64,000 nucleotides of DNA, taken from Vicugna vicugna (Eukaryota). Each line of letters opens with the position of its first letter. The first letter of the stretch is position 1. The notes under the pieces were generated by a model. That model did not search any database and was not told the origin of the DNA. It worked only from the letters and a program-made list of their open reading frames with translations. Shown here one piece after another: positions 46,101 through 58,739 of this stretch. The DNA lies in assembly GCA_013265495.1 (NCBI GenBank), contig MU057809.1, positions 1,417,062 through 1,481,061 of the forward strand. Reading direction: 5' to 3'. A program made the translations under genes and the position numbers.

Positions 46101-49100
46101 GGCTGGTGCGCGGGGGTACAAACTACCAGTGGCGCTCTTACCCTGCGGGGCGGGTGCAGACACGCCTGGCTTACTAGGTTTTGAGCTGTGCATGTTCAGA
46201 CCCTCGCTGGAGTCACACAGGGTGTGAGAAACAGCTACATATTTTACAATTTCTAAAAAGAGCAAGAGAGAGAAGCCCAGAGAAGGGCATCACAGGACGA
46301 CGTTGAGGTCGGGCCGGCCCCTCCACGCGGCTTCTCAGACCAGCAGGCCGACCTTATTAAACACGACCTTTCCACCACTTTTGTCAGAGTCTCACGACTG
46401 GGCCTCCTTTCTTGCCCCCACCTCCTGCCGCCAGAGGCTTTGTCATGACTATAAACACATAAAAATGACACAGACACTCAATTTTAAAAGTACTGAACAA
46501 AATAGGGAAACACCTGGTACTTCAAGGCTGAGCAACTACAAAAAGAAAGGCCTCAGTTAGCAACACGTAAGTGGGGTTCGTGGCCGAGAAAGAAAAGAAT
46601 TCTGAGTGCCGAGGTGCGTGCGTTTTCTGAGAGTCTGTCTCCGCTCTCCCCTTTCCTATCACCCATTTTAGCCTGGGGCAAGGAGGAGAAAACGCTGAGA
46701 GAGGACTAAAAAGACAGTAAATGATGAATTACTCAGGATTTCCCGGTAGGGGAGAGGTCACTTTCCCCCACGTTATTCAGGCTCACTTCTGCCTTTGGTC
46801 GAGTCCGGTATCCCACCCCCCAGGCGTCCCCTAGGCAACCCCACGTTCATCAGCACCCCAAGCGCAACTCCAGGGTGGAACTCCAGGGTGGAGCATGATC
46901 GCTGAGGAATCTAAGCAGTCGATCCCACTGGTCTTTCTCAGACACAACAGGAAGCATTTAAGAGCTAAAAATGCCTTCCCTCCCGAAGTCCATTCCGTGG
47001 TTTTCCTTACTTTCAGGCGTGGTTTGCTCTGTTCTGACACCATCTCACAGGTGCCACGTGGGGCCCGCGAGGGTCCATCCAAGCACACGCACCCCACACC
47101 CCACGAATCCCCCCAGAAACCTTTCAAAACCTGTCACTGCCCCTTTAAGTCTCCCCAACCCCCTGCCTCTAAATCCATCTTCACTTCCTTCTACAGGCAG
47201 CTTATCCACGGAGCTAAGTTTAGCTACCAAATGCTAATCTTCCCTCCAGGGACATCTGAGGTCTCTGCTGGCGGGCCGCCCCGGCAGCACGGCGCTCGCG
47301 TCCACAGTGGAATCACTGCAGAGCAGCTGGCATCCCTGGGAGCAAGGGCTCTCTCCTCACAACGGTTTTTTTGGGGGGATGGGGGCGGAGGGAGCATCTT
47401 TTGGCCGAAGTCTTCCTCACTCCAACTCATTCCCTCCACCCCAGTCCCGACAGGGCCTGCCTGTTTAGTCCTCACAGTCCACGTCTCGTCCTGGGACAGC
47501 TTGTAATTTCTGACCCAAAGCAGTAAAATTTAAACGGAGCCACAAACGCAACAGAGACGCAGCACAGACCTTAGAAAACCCAGCCGGCCTCCTGCCTCAC
47601 CTGGCCCTCAGCCGTGGGGGTCCTCTGAGGTACACTGATGGGAGGGAAAGGCCGACCTGCACAAAACTCCACGGGAAGCTGAGGCCCCAGCTCGGGGGCT
47701 TCGCCGCGGGGACCACGGAGTGGGCCCTCAAATGGGCCGATGACTTGGCTGAGACCAGACCTCCTGCCGCATGGTTGGAAGGACGGCTGAGCTGGTGACG
47801 GAATCTGAGACCTCACAGCAGGAAAGTAAAAGGAAAGGAGAAAATCAAGCCAACCTCTCGTTACCTGACGGTGTTCAGGCGATGGGAAGAGACAGCGACA
47901 CCCTCCCCCGTGGCTCCCAGCACGCGGCCAGCTCACCTACTTAATTCCCGAGGATAGAAAGAGCTCCCACTAGACAGCGCGTGTTTCCAAAACCAGCCTT
48001 TTGACCCTAAACTCAGAATTTCACCTGATTTACAATCTGGCAACTAATGCTTCTTCTCTCACATTGAATTTGCTATTAAAAAAATTCACGAACAGCCGCC
48101 AGGACAGGTGCTGGTAAACACAAAGATCAGCATGGCTGTGACAAACGGGAGCACGCAGCGGCTGAAAGTGCTGCGACCGCATCTGGGAGCGGCCGGTCCG
48201 ACCAGCTCTTCAGACGGCCGCTGAAAACCCACCTCCCGCCGGCCCCCGCCGGCCCCCCCGCAGTCACACCAGCAGAGCACCACAACTTGGGAGCTACGCA
48301 GCCTGCCCAGCTGCCCACGGGCCCAGCCCTCCGGGAGCCTGGGCGTCACCTGGCGGCCTCGCACCTGCAGAGACGCCGGGCTCTGCCCTCACCCCGTCCG
48401 CAGCCACCGTCCCGACCTCAGTCCCTTCGTGAAACATGCAAAGCAGTGGAGAAATCTGTGACAAGATATGCCAAAGAGCTGATTCAAATGCCCAACAGTG
48501 ACTCTCAGGCTGGGGAGGTGAGCACAGGGCTGTCTCACTTCCAGGAGGAGCTGTAAGGGCCCCGCTTAGCGCCTGGCTGACACGCTCAACACGCCGGGGC
48601 TTTGTGAATGACCACAGACGGGCAAGTGGCTGGACGGGTGCAAACCGCCACCCGGCTGGACAGCACAGCCGGCAACCGTTCTGGGGGCGGCCCTGCACCA
48701 CGCACCTCATGCTGTCTCCCATAATCCAGACAGTGTGGTTATTTCAGCCTCGCAGGGGAAGAAACCGAAGCTTAGACGTTAACCTGCCTGAGGTCAGAGA
48801 GGCTGCTCAACCCCCATGCCACGCTTCATGGCGGAGACCACAGGCCAGCCTCCAGGGTCAAGTGCGAGCGCACTTCTGAGGAGCTGGGTTAGCACAGGGG
48901 AACAAGGACAGGAGTCCCCTTCCTACGAGAAGGCAGTGGCGGGACAGCACACGGGACAGTCGTCTCTGCTCCCGCCCTGCCGGGTGCGGGGCGGAGGAGG
49001 GTCAGGGTGCCTCCAGCTGGATGCTCCCTGGCCACATCCTCCCCCTCCCTCGGGGGACAGAAGGGAGAGAGAAGGGCTCAAAGCAGCCTTCTGTCTGCCA

Positions 49101-51149
49101 GGCCTTGAGTCATCGGCACTGCTCTCAGCTTGGCAGGCAAGGGCCAGCTCTGCTCTCGGGACTGGAGCTGCGGCCGGCCGGGAGGATGGGGGAGGAGGGG
49201 GGGACGACCGGAGGCCGAAGGCAGGGCTGCCCCAGACACGCCTGTGGCCGGGCCGGGCTCCTCACAAAGGGCTCTTGTGTGGCGCTGACAGGTCTGCAGG
49301 CGGAGGGTCCGCGCTCCTGGCCGCGGGACCCCTGGCTCAGCCCTGTTCCTGTGCGGACACTCTGAGCCTGTGCTCCGGGGCAGGCGCTGGCCCGGAAGTC
49401 CTCCTCCTCTCTCCGCCCACAGCCACTCCTCTCATTTTCTGCTGACAAGAAGCCAGCAGGACTTCCTAGGGACACCCCACACCGAAAAGAAAAGCCAGCG
49501 AGACACACGGAGACGTGGAAAAGCCAGAGGTAACTGACAGGAGAAACTCACACCCCCTCAGCCCACGGCGGGGACCGCGGGAGGTTTGGACGGAATTACT
49601 CTGCGGCGGCCGAGAGCCAGCATGCACTCAGCACCTACATTTATTTGTTTCGTCTGGCAGAGAAATTGCAGAGTCCAGCACAGGGAGCCCACGAAGGATT
49701 TCTTCCTTTGGCTTTGCCAACTGTCTGAGCAAACGCCTGGTCTGAAAAGGCGACCCGGACTCCCCTGACCTTAGCCACAGAGCTGTCTGTTGAGTGGGAC
49801 GCAGCTCTGCAGGCGTATACTGACTTGTTTTCAACTCTGAATGGCCCTATGATCTAAAGCTGGCTCAAGACAAAAAAGAATTATTCCGGGATCTACAAAA
49901 CCTGGAGAGAACTGCCATGAACACTGTCGTGTTCCCCAGCGATGAGCACTGTAAAGAAGGTGCTGGAGCAGGCACCGCCTGGGAACTGTGTTGGATGTAC
50001 TACTGGGCCACGCCACGGTTCTGCAAAATTCAGCACTTCCACTAACTACTCTTACTTACCTTAAAAAAAAAAACACATCAGTAAACCTCAGCCTTTAAGA
50101 AGGTTACATTACAAAACAAATCAGGCTGAGTAAGGTCATCTTTGTTACTTTAGGTTCCGGTTTGTCGTCCAAAGATCGAATTCAATGCAAGACCAGCCTG
50201 TCCAAATCACTTAAAAAAGTCACGGGCAGTTCAAGAGAGAAGATCAGTCTCACGAAATTACTTTTGTGAAACTGACAATTTGGAGATCCCGCCTCTGTCA
50301 GTAACTAAACTTCCCGATCAAGTCCCGGTCTCTTTTCGCCACGGTGGGCTTCCTTCCTTGGAGAACCAGAGCCAGATGCAGAGAACTCCTGCCTTGGGCC
50401 TTGGGAGCGCAGGGCCACGTCCCAGAGGGCGCGCCCCTGCGTGGTCGCGAACGTGTGCGAGTCCCGGTCCGGGCTACTTCTGGGGTTCCTCCTTAGAGCA
50501 GCATGAGGGATTTGCTCAGGGACAGAGCCAAATGAAACGTAAGCCACCCACAGCCTGAGCAGCAGGGGCCCTTGGACAAAGGGCACATTTGACGGGTGTC
50601 AATAAACTGCTTCTCAAAACAACATGTTTTCCACCTTCTCAAACGGGGAACTTTGCTTGATATTTCCGAAAGGAATTTTTTTTAAGCTCAGTAAGTAAAA
50701 GAGGGAAGTGTAGGGTTATTTCACAAAATCTTCCTTCTTACAGCTCAGGGAAGACATGATATTTTATCACACTCGGCACCTAGACTGGGGGTGAAGCTCC
50801 CCGTTAAAGGCGAGCACTCGCTGGGGAGCTGCGGTGGAGGTGTGTCCAACCCACCCCAGCCCCCCAGACTGGACTGGCTGTGCTGGCGGTCGGCCCGCTG
50901 CAGCCGAGGTGGGCAGTGACGACAGAACCGGGGGGAGCGCCCCTCTCCGTCCACCACTGCTGACTCCACGCGGCTCCGCTGACTTCACCTGGGAAGACAG
51001 ACACCCCCTACTTTCACCAGAACAAGCTCACCTTCAAGAGATCCTGATTCTTACATAACGAAGGGGGAGGAGGAAAGACGGGGACAAATACCGCTTATCG
51101 TGAAAATCACCTCAAAAGAACAACATTTCAGCCCTCTTGTAGGCACCAT

Positions 51150-51575
51150 TAGTGAACTGATATTTCCTTTAAGAACACTATATAAGAATGCTCATAGCAG
51201 CATTATTCCTACAGCCGAAGCCTGGAAGACAAGCCGGATGCCTGTCACACAGCTGGTGAACAGACAGAGGAAACATTTACCCACACAATGGAATACGACC
51301 CAGAGATAAAGACGAACGAAACACTGATACGTGCTACAGGATGAAGCAGCCTTGGACGCATCATACTGAGTGAAAGAGGCCCGGCGGGGCTCCATTTACA
51401 AGAAACACCCAGAAAGGCCCCCCGAGACAGAAAGGGGGCGGGGGTGCCGCTGGGAGCTGGGCGCTCGGGGGACCTTATGGGGACAGCAGCCGTGTTCTGA
51501 AAACGGTTTACGGGGACGGCTGCACAACTTGGCAGACTTACGAAAAGTCACTGAATGGTGCACTTTTAAAAAGTT
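51150..51575 (+). mobile_element. Old L1 (L1M-type) 3'-end remnant
   Basis: aagaatgctcatagcagcattattcctacagccgaagcctggaagacaa...cacacaatggaatacgacc...catcatactgagtgaaagaggcc...gtcactgaatggtgcacttttaaa. Confidence 0.7.
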
Positions 51576-52746
51576 GCATCAGAACAGTTTCCAGAAAGTA
51601 GGTCATTTACTCGAGAACGCTCCTGCTTTGCTGACACTGGCAATTACTCATCTCGTATAATAGCTCCTAAGTAGGTGAACATCGGTTCAGGTCTAAGAAC
51701 TATTTCAAAGGCTCAAATTTCCAGGGCAGGTAAAGCTCCAATTACAAAGTCTGTGAGAGGGCCGTTTTCATCTTTATTAAACCACAGCTATTTAACAAAA
51801 CAGCAGCAGGAAGTTAAACAGACCCCAAATGCCAATGAAAAGGAAACCCGGGTAACACCCGGAATGGACCCACAGGCTCCTGCATGCTCCCCCAAGGCCG
51901 GGGCCAGGGCGCCCCAGCAAGAGGAACACAGGTGTGGGGGACAACCCGGCCTCTGGACAGCCCGAGGGTGGTCCCCCCCCGTGCTGATGCCTCTGAGAGC
52001 CGTGCCTCCTAGAGCCCCCGAAGAAAGAAAGGCGGATGCGGACTTTTGTACTGGTCTGCAGTCCAGTCTGGGGATGCCCGCCAATGGGACACCCCGGAGG
52101 GAGGCCTGGAAGGGAGCAGACCACCCTCTTCCCGGGGAGGCACAGTGCTGGACGGGGCCCCGACACACTCTCCCGGAGAAACCCGTTTGGCTGGGTTTTA
52201 CCCATTTTGCTCAGGTTTATTTGTTGTTAAAATCTTCCTTCACGTAAGACTAAAAGTCTACCCTCTTCTAAAAATTTGAAGGAAAAAAAAAAAAGCTCTC
52301 TTTACAATTTGTCCTTATGAAAAAAAAAAAGGAGAAAATCACCCCCCTTGTAACTTATTAAAACACCGTGGCACCCGATGGATGCGCATCAGGACATCTG
52401 AGGCTTACAACTTTGAGGCAAGGATTAAAAAAAAAAATTCAGAGAAAAAAATGATATGGAAAGTGAGAAGGGGGTGGGAAAGCAAGCGAATGACTCGTCA
52501 GCCTTCCTCCTGCAGCTTTCCGGTAAGTCTGAAACGCTGTTGAAACAAAAAGGTAAAGAAATAGAAAGTGAGGAGTGGAGCCATCCTGTGCCCGTAGCCG
52601 TGAGCACAAGAGCTCTCCGAGCAGGGCTGCGAACGGTGCTTCCGGGAGTCAGCCAATGACGGCCCACCCACCTCCTCAGCCCTCCTGCGTAGACATGGGG
52701 CATCAGCTGGTGCCCCTCCACAGGAGGGCCACTCCAGGGACGCAAG

Positions 52747-52942
52747 GACAGACCCAGTCGCATCTGCCCCGGTCACTCACTGGACCGTCCCGCAGCGATG
52801 TCGCGGGAGAGACAGACCCAGTCGCGTCTGCCCTGGTCACTCACTGGACCGTCCTGCAGCGATGTCGTGGGAGAGACAGACCCAGTCGCGTCTGCCCTGG
52901 TCACTCACTGGACCGTCCCGCAGCGATGTTGCGGGAGGACAG
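52747..52942. repeat. Minisatellite, three copies of a 64-bp unit plus a short partial copy
   Basis: The unit gacagacccagtcgcgtctgccctggtcactcactggaccgtcccgcagcgatgtcgcgggaga starts at 52747, 52811 and 52875. Confidence 0.95.
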
Positions 52943-54156
52943 GGCCAGAGCTCTGCCCACAAGGGCGACTGTACGCATTTTCTCCAGGCCTCCCGAGGCT
53001 GCTGCACTGGTCTGGCCCTGTCTTCCTCCTGTTTATCACCCCCCTGGTTCACCACTCACGCTCCTGGGAATGTGCTGGCCGCACAATGGGTGAGGTTCTG
53101 CGTGAAGTTTATCTGCTCAACTATTTGAATCCTCCAAACCATTCCAACAAGTAGCTTATTTGTTAACATTACAGGGAGCTCACTTTTGCTTCATAATCCA
53201 GACTCCTCTCCACCGGCATCTGGACAGCAGGTTTCGTTCTGTTTCTGACACATAAGTGAGTTATTTGCTCTCTCACAGTTCAGGGGTCCACATTCACATT
53301 TTTATTTGACCTGATGCTAAAGAATTTCCTCTCACTCTAGTATCTTGCTAAATTGATAACTTTTAAAAGTTCAAAAAAATTTACAAGACTTCAATTCTAA
53401 CATTCTTACTTGAGGGCAAGAAACCAAAAACATTTGTAATCCAGGGCCTGTCGGCTGGTTTAACCACAGCCAAGGCCTGTCCTCTGAGCTGGGGTTGCAT
53501 CTGAAAGCATTTGAATCCTCTTTGTTTCTCGAACTGGAAGAGAGCTGAACAAAGGGCCCTGGTGGCTTCAGCCAGTTGGGTACCAGTGCGGCACCTGGAG
53601 TTTCCTCTCTCGTTTCTCACAGCGTGTGTCAATGAGCCCTGTGGGGAGGGCAGAGATTAATCACAGCTGGACTTGCTTGGCCCGATCCTCCAGAGAACAA
53701 CATCCTCGGAGACTTGAGGGAGCGTTAATTATTTACAAGGCTTCTGTTCAGGCTGACGTGCAGCATGCTGAGGTAGGGCTATTATATTTTGCGTGGTGGA
53801 AAAGTAACAATCTGTGTCAGGAAGACAACGAAAAAGCTCCCTGACAGGGGAGGGAAGCGCAGCCCCAGGAACGTGGATCCCAGGCGCCCCAGCCAGCTCT
53901 CCAAACAAAATGTGACTCTGAAGCTTACAATCATTTCTATTAAAATTTAAGAAAAGTACCATCAATTTTGCCAGGGTGATGGTAAAAGTCAATACAAGAT
54001 TCTGCTAAATGAATAACCAGAGAACTCAATTCTGAATTTTGTGACTCAAGTATTCAAAGTTGAAGAAAATCAGCGAGGCCACGGAGGAGGTCTGCATCCT
54101 GTTTCTGTTCACAACCATGTATCTTGTATGCGCTGTTGCATGTTACCACACACATC

Positions 54157-55282
54157 TTTTTTTAAGAATTGTAAAAAACATGTAACGTAAAAGTCTTGGC
54201 CATTTTTAAGTGTGCGGTTCAGCAGTGTTACGTGTGTTCACGTTGCTGTGAAACAGATCTCCAGAGTATCTCCATCGTGAAAATCTGAAGCTCCGTACAC
54301 ACTGAGTAACAGCTCCCGCTCCTCTCCCCCAGCCCTGTGTTCTGCCTTCTGTTTCTGTGAATCTAGTGTTTGTCTTTTCGTGACTGGCTTATTTCACTTA
54401 CTGTCTTCAAGGGTCATCTGTGCTGCAGCAGGTGGCAGGATCTCCTTCCTTTTTGAGGCTGAGCGGTATTCCACTGCATGGACTGACCACATCTTGTTTA
54501 TTCCCTTATTGTCGATGGACACCGGGTTGCTTCCACCTCTGGGCCGCTGTGAGTAACGCTGACAAGAACAGGGGTCTGCAGATGTCTCTGAGACTCTCCT
54601 TCCAATTCTTCTGTGCACACGTGCAGAAGCAGTATTGCTGGGTCATACTGTAGTTCTGATCTTTGGAGGAAACGCCATGCTGTCTTCCACAGCACCATTT
54701 GACAGTTCCCACCAACGGCGCACGAGGTTCCAATTTCTCCACATTCTAACCAACACTTATCTTCTGCTTTTTCCTAATAGTTGGCATCCTCTAGCTGGGT
54801 GAGAGACACAGCTCACCGTGGTTTTGCTTTACATTTCTCTGATGATTACTGAGGCTGAGATCTTCTCATATGCTGTTGACCATTTCTGTGTATCATCTTT
54901 GGAGAAATGTCTGTTCAAGTTCTTTGTTCATTTTAAAATAGGAGTTATTCGACTTTTTTTGTTGTTTAGTTGTAAGAGTTTTTAAAAATATATTTTAGAT
55001 TCCATCAGTTATATGACTTGCAAATATTTTCTCCCATTCCACAGGCTGCCTTTTCATTCTTCTGACTGTGTCCCTTTGAGGCACGAATGTTTCTAAGTTT
55101 AACGTAGCTCTATTTGTGTATTCTTGTTTTGGGTATGCTGGTGCTTTTAGGGTCATGTTCACGAAATCATTGCCAAGTCCAAAGTCATGAAGCTTCTCCA
55201 CCAATTTTTTTCTAAGAGTTTTATGGTTCTAGGTCTCAGGTTTAGTTCTTTGATCAATTTTGAGTTAACTTTTGTATGTATA
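54157..55282 (-). mobile_element. L1 3' UTR and ORF2 C-terminal fragment
   Basis: Minus-strand translations VEKLHDFGLGNDFVNMTLKA, MKRQPVEWEKIFASHI and YDPAILLL resemble the L1 ORF2p C-terminus. The T-rich tail is at the left end. Confidence 0.85.
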
Positions 55283-56984
55283 ATAAGAGTCTATATGTTA
55301 AAAATTCCGCTGAATATATGTACAAGAAGTTATTTGACTCTATCAACAGCCATCGAGGGTGTTTCCAGTGTTTTGTTATCGTGAAAAATGATGACACAAG
55401 TATCCTTTATATAAGCTTCTCACACATTTGGTAACAATTATCTCCCAGTCTTTTTAGGAGTTAAAATTACCTCTTGGCTGGCTTATTTCAAATTTTATCT
55501 TTTACTTCTTCCCTTTTTCATTTGTATTACAATCCCTTACCTTAAAACCCCTTGGACTAGACAAATGTATTTAAGAAACTTCAGATTTTTTGGAAAGCAT
55601 TGTGGTCCACGTGCTGCAAATCACAAAGCACTACCAGCTGGGCTGTAGGCAGGCTCTCATTCTAAGGTATGCTAGTATTTCTGCATAGCACTCATATATG
55701 TGGTGTGCACACACGAACATTTATTTAAACCGAGGAGGGGGGAGACTATAAACACCCAAAGGTGAGTGAGGTCAGGGTTTGCCACCAACCCAGTCCCGGT
55801 GCTGTCTAATCAGGTTTGCTGCCAAGTAAGCCGTCAGAAATGTTTCCACTTTCAGTTTATACACATAAACTTAGCGGCTAGGGAGGTACTAATTCAAACT
55901 TGTATCCTTCAGCTTCCTGGTCCTTTAATGAAACACAGGCGAGCACCTTCCTTCTTAGGTCCGGCCTTAGCAGGCGAAGGTTTTCCCAGTATTTCTCCAG
56001 TGCAGGGAACGCAGCGCAACATTAATTACACTAGAGAAATGTTCCCAACGAAAACTTCCTGGAGTTCTGAGATATGCCCTTGAAAATCACAGATACAAGA
56101 TACAGCAAAAATAAGATTAGAAATAAAACCAAATGCTGATAGTGATTGTTTTTTGTTCTCTTCCAAAACGTCTATACAGTTACGTACACTAAGAAAAATT
56201 CATTCGTCAAAATAGGTAACAGATTAATACATCCTTAAGGTAAAAATATTTTAAAAACACGGATAAAGGAGAGTTCATTACTCACCCCCACAACTGTTAA
56301 CCGATACTATCAACATGCATATATATGTAGAAATTAATAGTTTTACAATTTGCTTGGTTTTACATAATGGGATCAAATGCCACGTACTGCTCTGCACCTT
56401 GGCTTGCACACTTACACGTCTCAGAGAGACACGACTCTTCATTCCTGCTACCAGCCTCCCCAGGTTCTCAGGTCTGGGCACCGTGATCGCCTCAGACAGG
56501 ACTGCTGAGGGGGGCGTTTACACAGCTGCAGTTCCCGCCGCCGCCACCAGCACCACAGCGCCCGTCCTCACGCGTGCCGCTCCGGGGACGGGGGTAACTG
56601 TGTCTCCAAGACCAGAGAGAAGCAGCTGAGGTACAGAGTTCGGGAACCGTCAATATGCAAAGCGCACTGCACTCAGCTTCCCAGACAAAACAACAGCATC
56701 CTATGTGCCTAAAGTTGCGCGGCTACATCCCAGCCTGCTGCGTAGGGTGGTTGCCCTGAACCGCCCCGTGGCGGGATGCTGTCTCACCACCTGTTGCTTC
56801 TCTCACCTTCTCTTATCCTCCAGACTTCCCTAATAAAACCTCTCTGCCTTCCACGTTCGGAAGACATGTGTTGTTCTATTCCATAAAAGGAAAAGAAAAA
56901 AAAAAGTCCATGTTTGGGCTATCGTGAGCAATCCTGACATGAACATGGGTCTGCAAATATCTCTTTGAGACATTACATTTTTCT

Positions 56985-57874
56985 TTTTTAAAAATTTTTT
57001 TATTGAGTAATAGTCATTTTACAATGTTGTGTCAAATTCTAGTGTAGAGCACAATTTTTCAGTTATACATGAACATCTATGTATTCATTGTCACATTTTT
57101 TCCTCTGTGAGCTACCACAAGATCTTGTATATATTTCCCTGTGCTATACAGTATAATCTTGTTTATCTATTCTGCATTTTAAAATCCCAGTCTGTCCCTT
57201 CCCACCCCCTGCCCCCTTGGCAACCACAAACTGTTTCTGTTTTTATTTATGTTTTGTTTGTTTTGTTTATTGGTTTTTTTTTTTTTTTAGATTCCACATA
57301 TGAGCGATCTCATGTGGTATTTTTCTTTCTCTTTCTGGCTTACTTCACTTAGAATGACGATCTCCAGGAACACCCATGTTGCTGCAAATGGCGTTATGTT
57401 GGCCGTTTTTGTGGCTGAATAGTATTCCATCATAAAAATATACCACATCTTCTTTATTCAGTGATCTGTCGATGGACATTTAGGCTGTTTCCATGTCTTG
57501 ACCATTGTAAATAGTGCTGCTATGAACACTAGGGTGCAGGTGTCATTTTGAAGTAGGGTTCCTTCTGGATACATGCCCAGGAGCGGGATTCCCGGGTCAT
57601 ATGGTAAGTCTATTCCTAGTCTTTTGAGGAATCTCCGTACTGTTTTCCACAGTGGCTTTCCTTGCTCCCCTCTCCCACTCTTAATGATTTCAATGTCTCC
57701 TTTTACAACTTTGTGTTTATTATTTTTGTAATTCGTGGCAGTTACCTCCTTTCCAGTTATGAGTTTCTCATTTCTGTAGCATCCTGCTGCTTTTCTATTT
57801 AGAGTAGACCTGCCAATATTCTTTTAGCCTGGGTTTAGTGTTGCTAAAATCTTTTAGTTTTTGCTGGTCTGTGA
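56985..57874 (-). mobile_element. Young, internally deleted L1 insertion with a perfect 15-bp TSD
   Basis: TSD acattacatttttct at 56970-56984 and 57875-57889. The L1 3' end (56985-57657) is joined to a ~217-nt piece resembling the ORF1-end/inter-ORF region. Confidence 0.85.
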
Positions 57875-58739
57875 ACATTACATTTTTCTAATGATCCAAA
57901 GTTTCAACTTCTGTACCACACTTCCCACTTGCAGGACAAATTCTGTGGCAGGTGTCATGATGACTTCGGTCCAGGCGGAGAACTCTGAAGCAGCCTGCCT
58001 GGTAAACACATCCGGCAGACTCCCCTCACTGGCGTGTTTTACACAGCGGATGTACACTTGGAAGGTACTATGTACATCAGTCTTCAAGCAATCACACTTC
58101 AACGTTCTATTTAAGTCAAGAAGCAGAACAAAGTTGCTGTGAGGGGCCAGTTATGAGGACCAATCCGGTTTAGGGAGGTGAGGCTGGTGGAGGGGTTATG
58201 CAGGGCCCCCCGACGACCCTGACCCTGTGGCGGAGGGCAGAAACCTCTGGAATGAGAGCCGTGACTAAGGAAGGTGGCTCTTTAAGAAAGGCAGTCTTTT
58301 CCCTCCCGCCCCCCTCATCAAGCCACACTCCAGGTCTTGGAGAACTGAGTGTGTGTTAAAAAGAAATAAATAGAGGGACAGTGACACTTAAGAAGCTGCC
58401 TTTCAATGATTTACTTTCACATGGCACCAGGAGAAGAACCCATGTAAAACCTGACCCAGTGGGTCAAGAACATTCTTCTTCAGAAAGCTTTACTGAGGTA
58501 CAACTGACACACAAGACACTGTACATATTCAAAGTGTACAATCTGATAGCTTTTGACAGATGCATATTCCTGGGGGACCATCCCTACATTCAAGGTGAGG
58601 AACGTGCGTCCATCGCCCTTAAAGGTCTCTCTCCTGCACCCCTTTCCTGTCTCCAGGCAACCATCGTTCTGCTCCTGTCAGTGTACGGAGTCATCCCCTG
58701 GTGCCTGCAGGAACCGCTTCCAGGGCCTGCCTTAAAGTC

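Noticed and set aside
46866..46891. 13-bp tandem duplication aactccagggtgg x2
   Set aside because: An ordinary slippage duplication in an intron, with no further structure.
52747..52942. Regular repeats as a possible CRISPR array
   Set aside because: The 64-bp units are head-to-tail with no unique spacers, there are no cas genes, and the context is a mammalian intron. It is a minisatellite.
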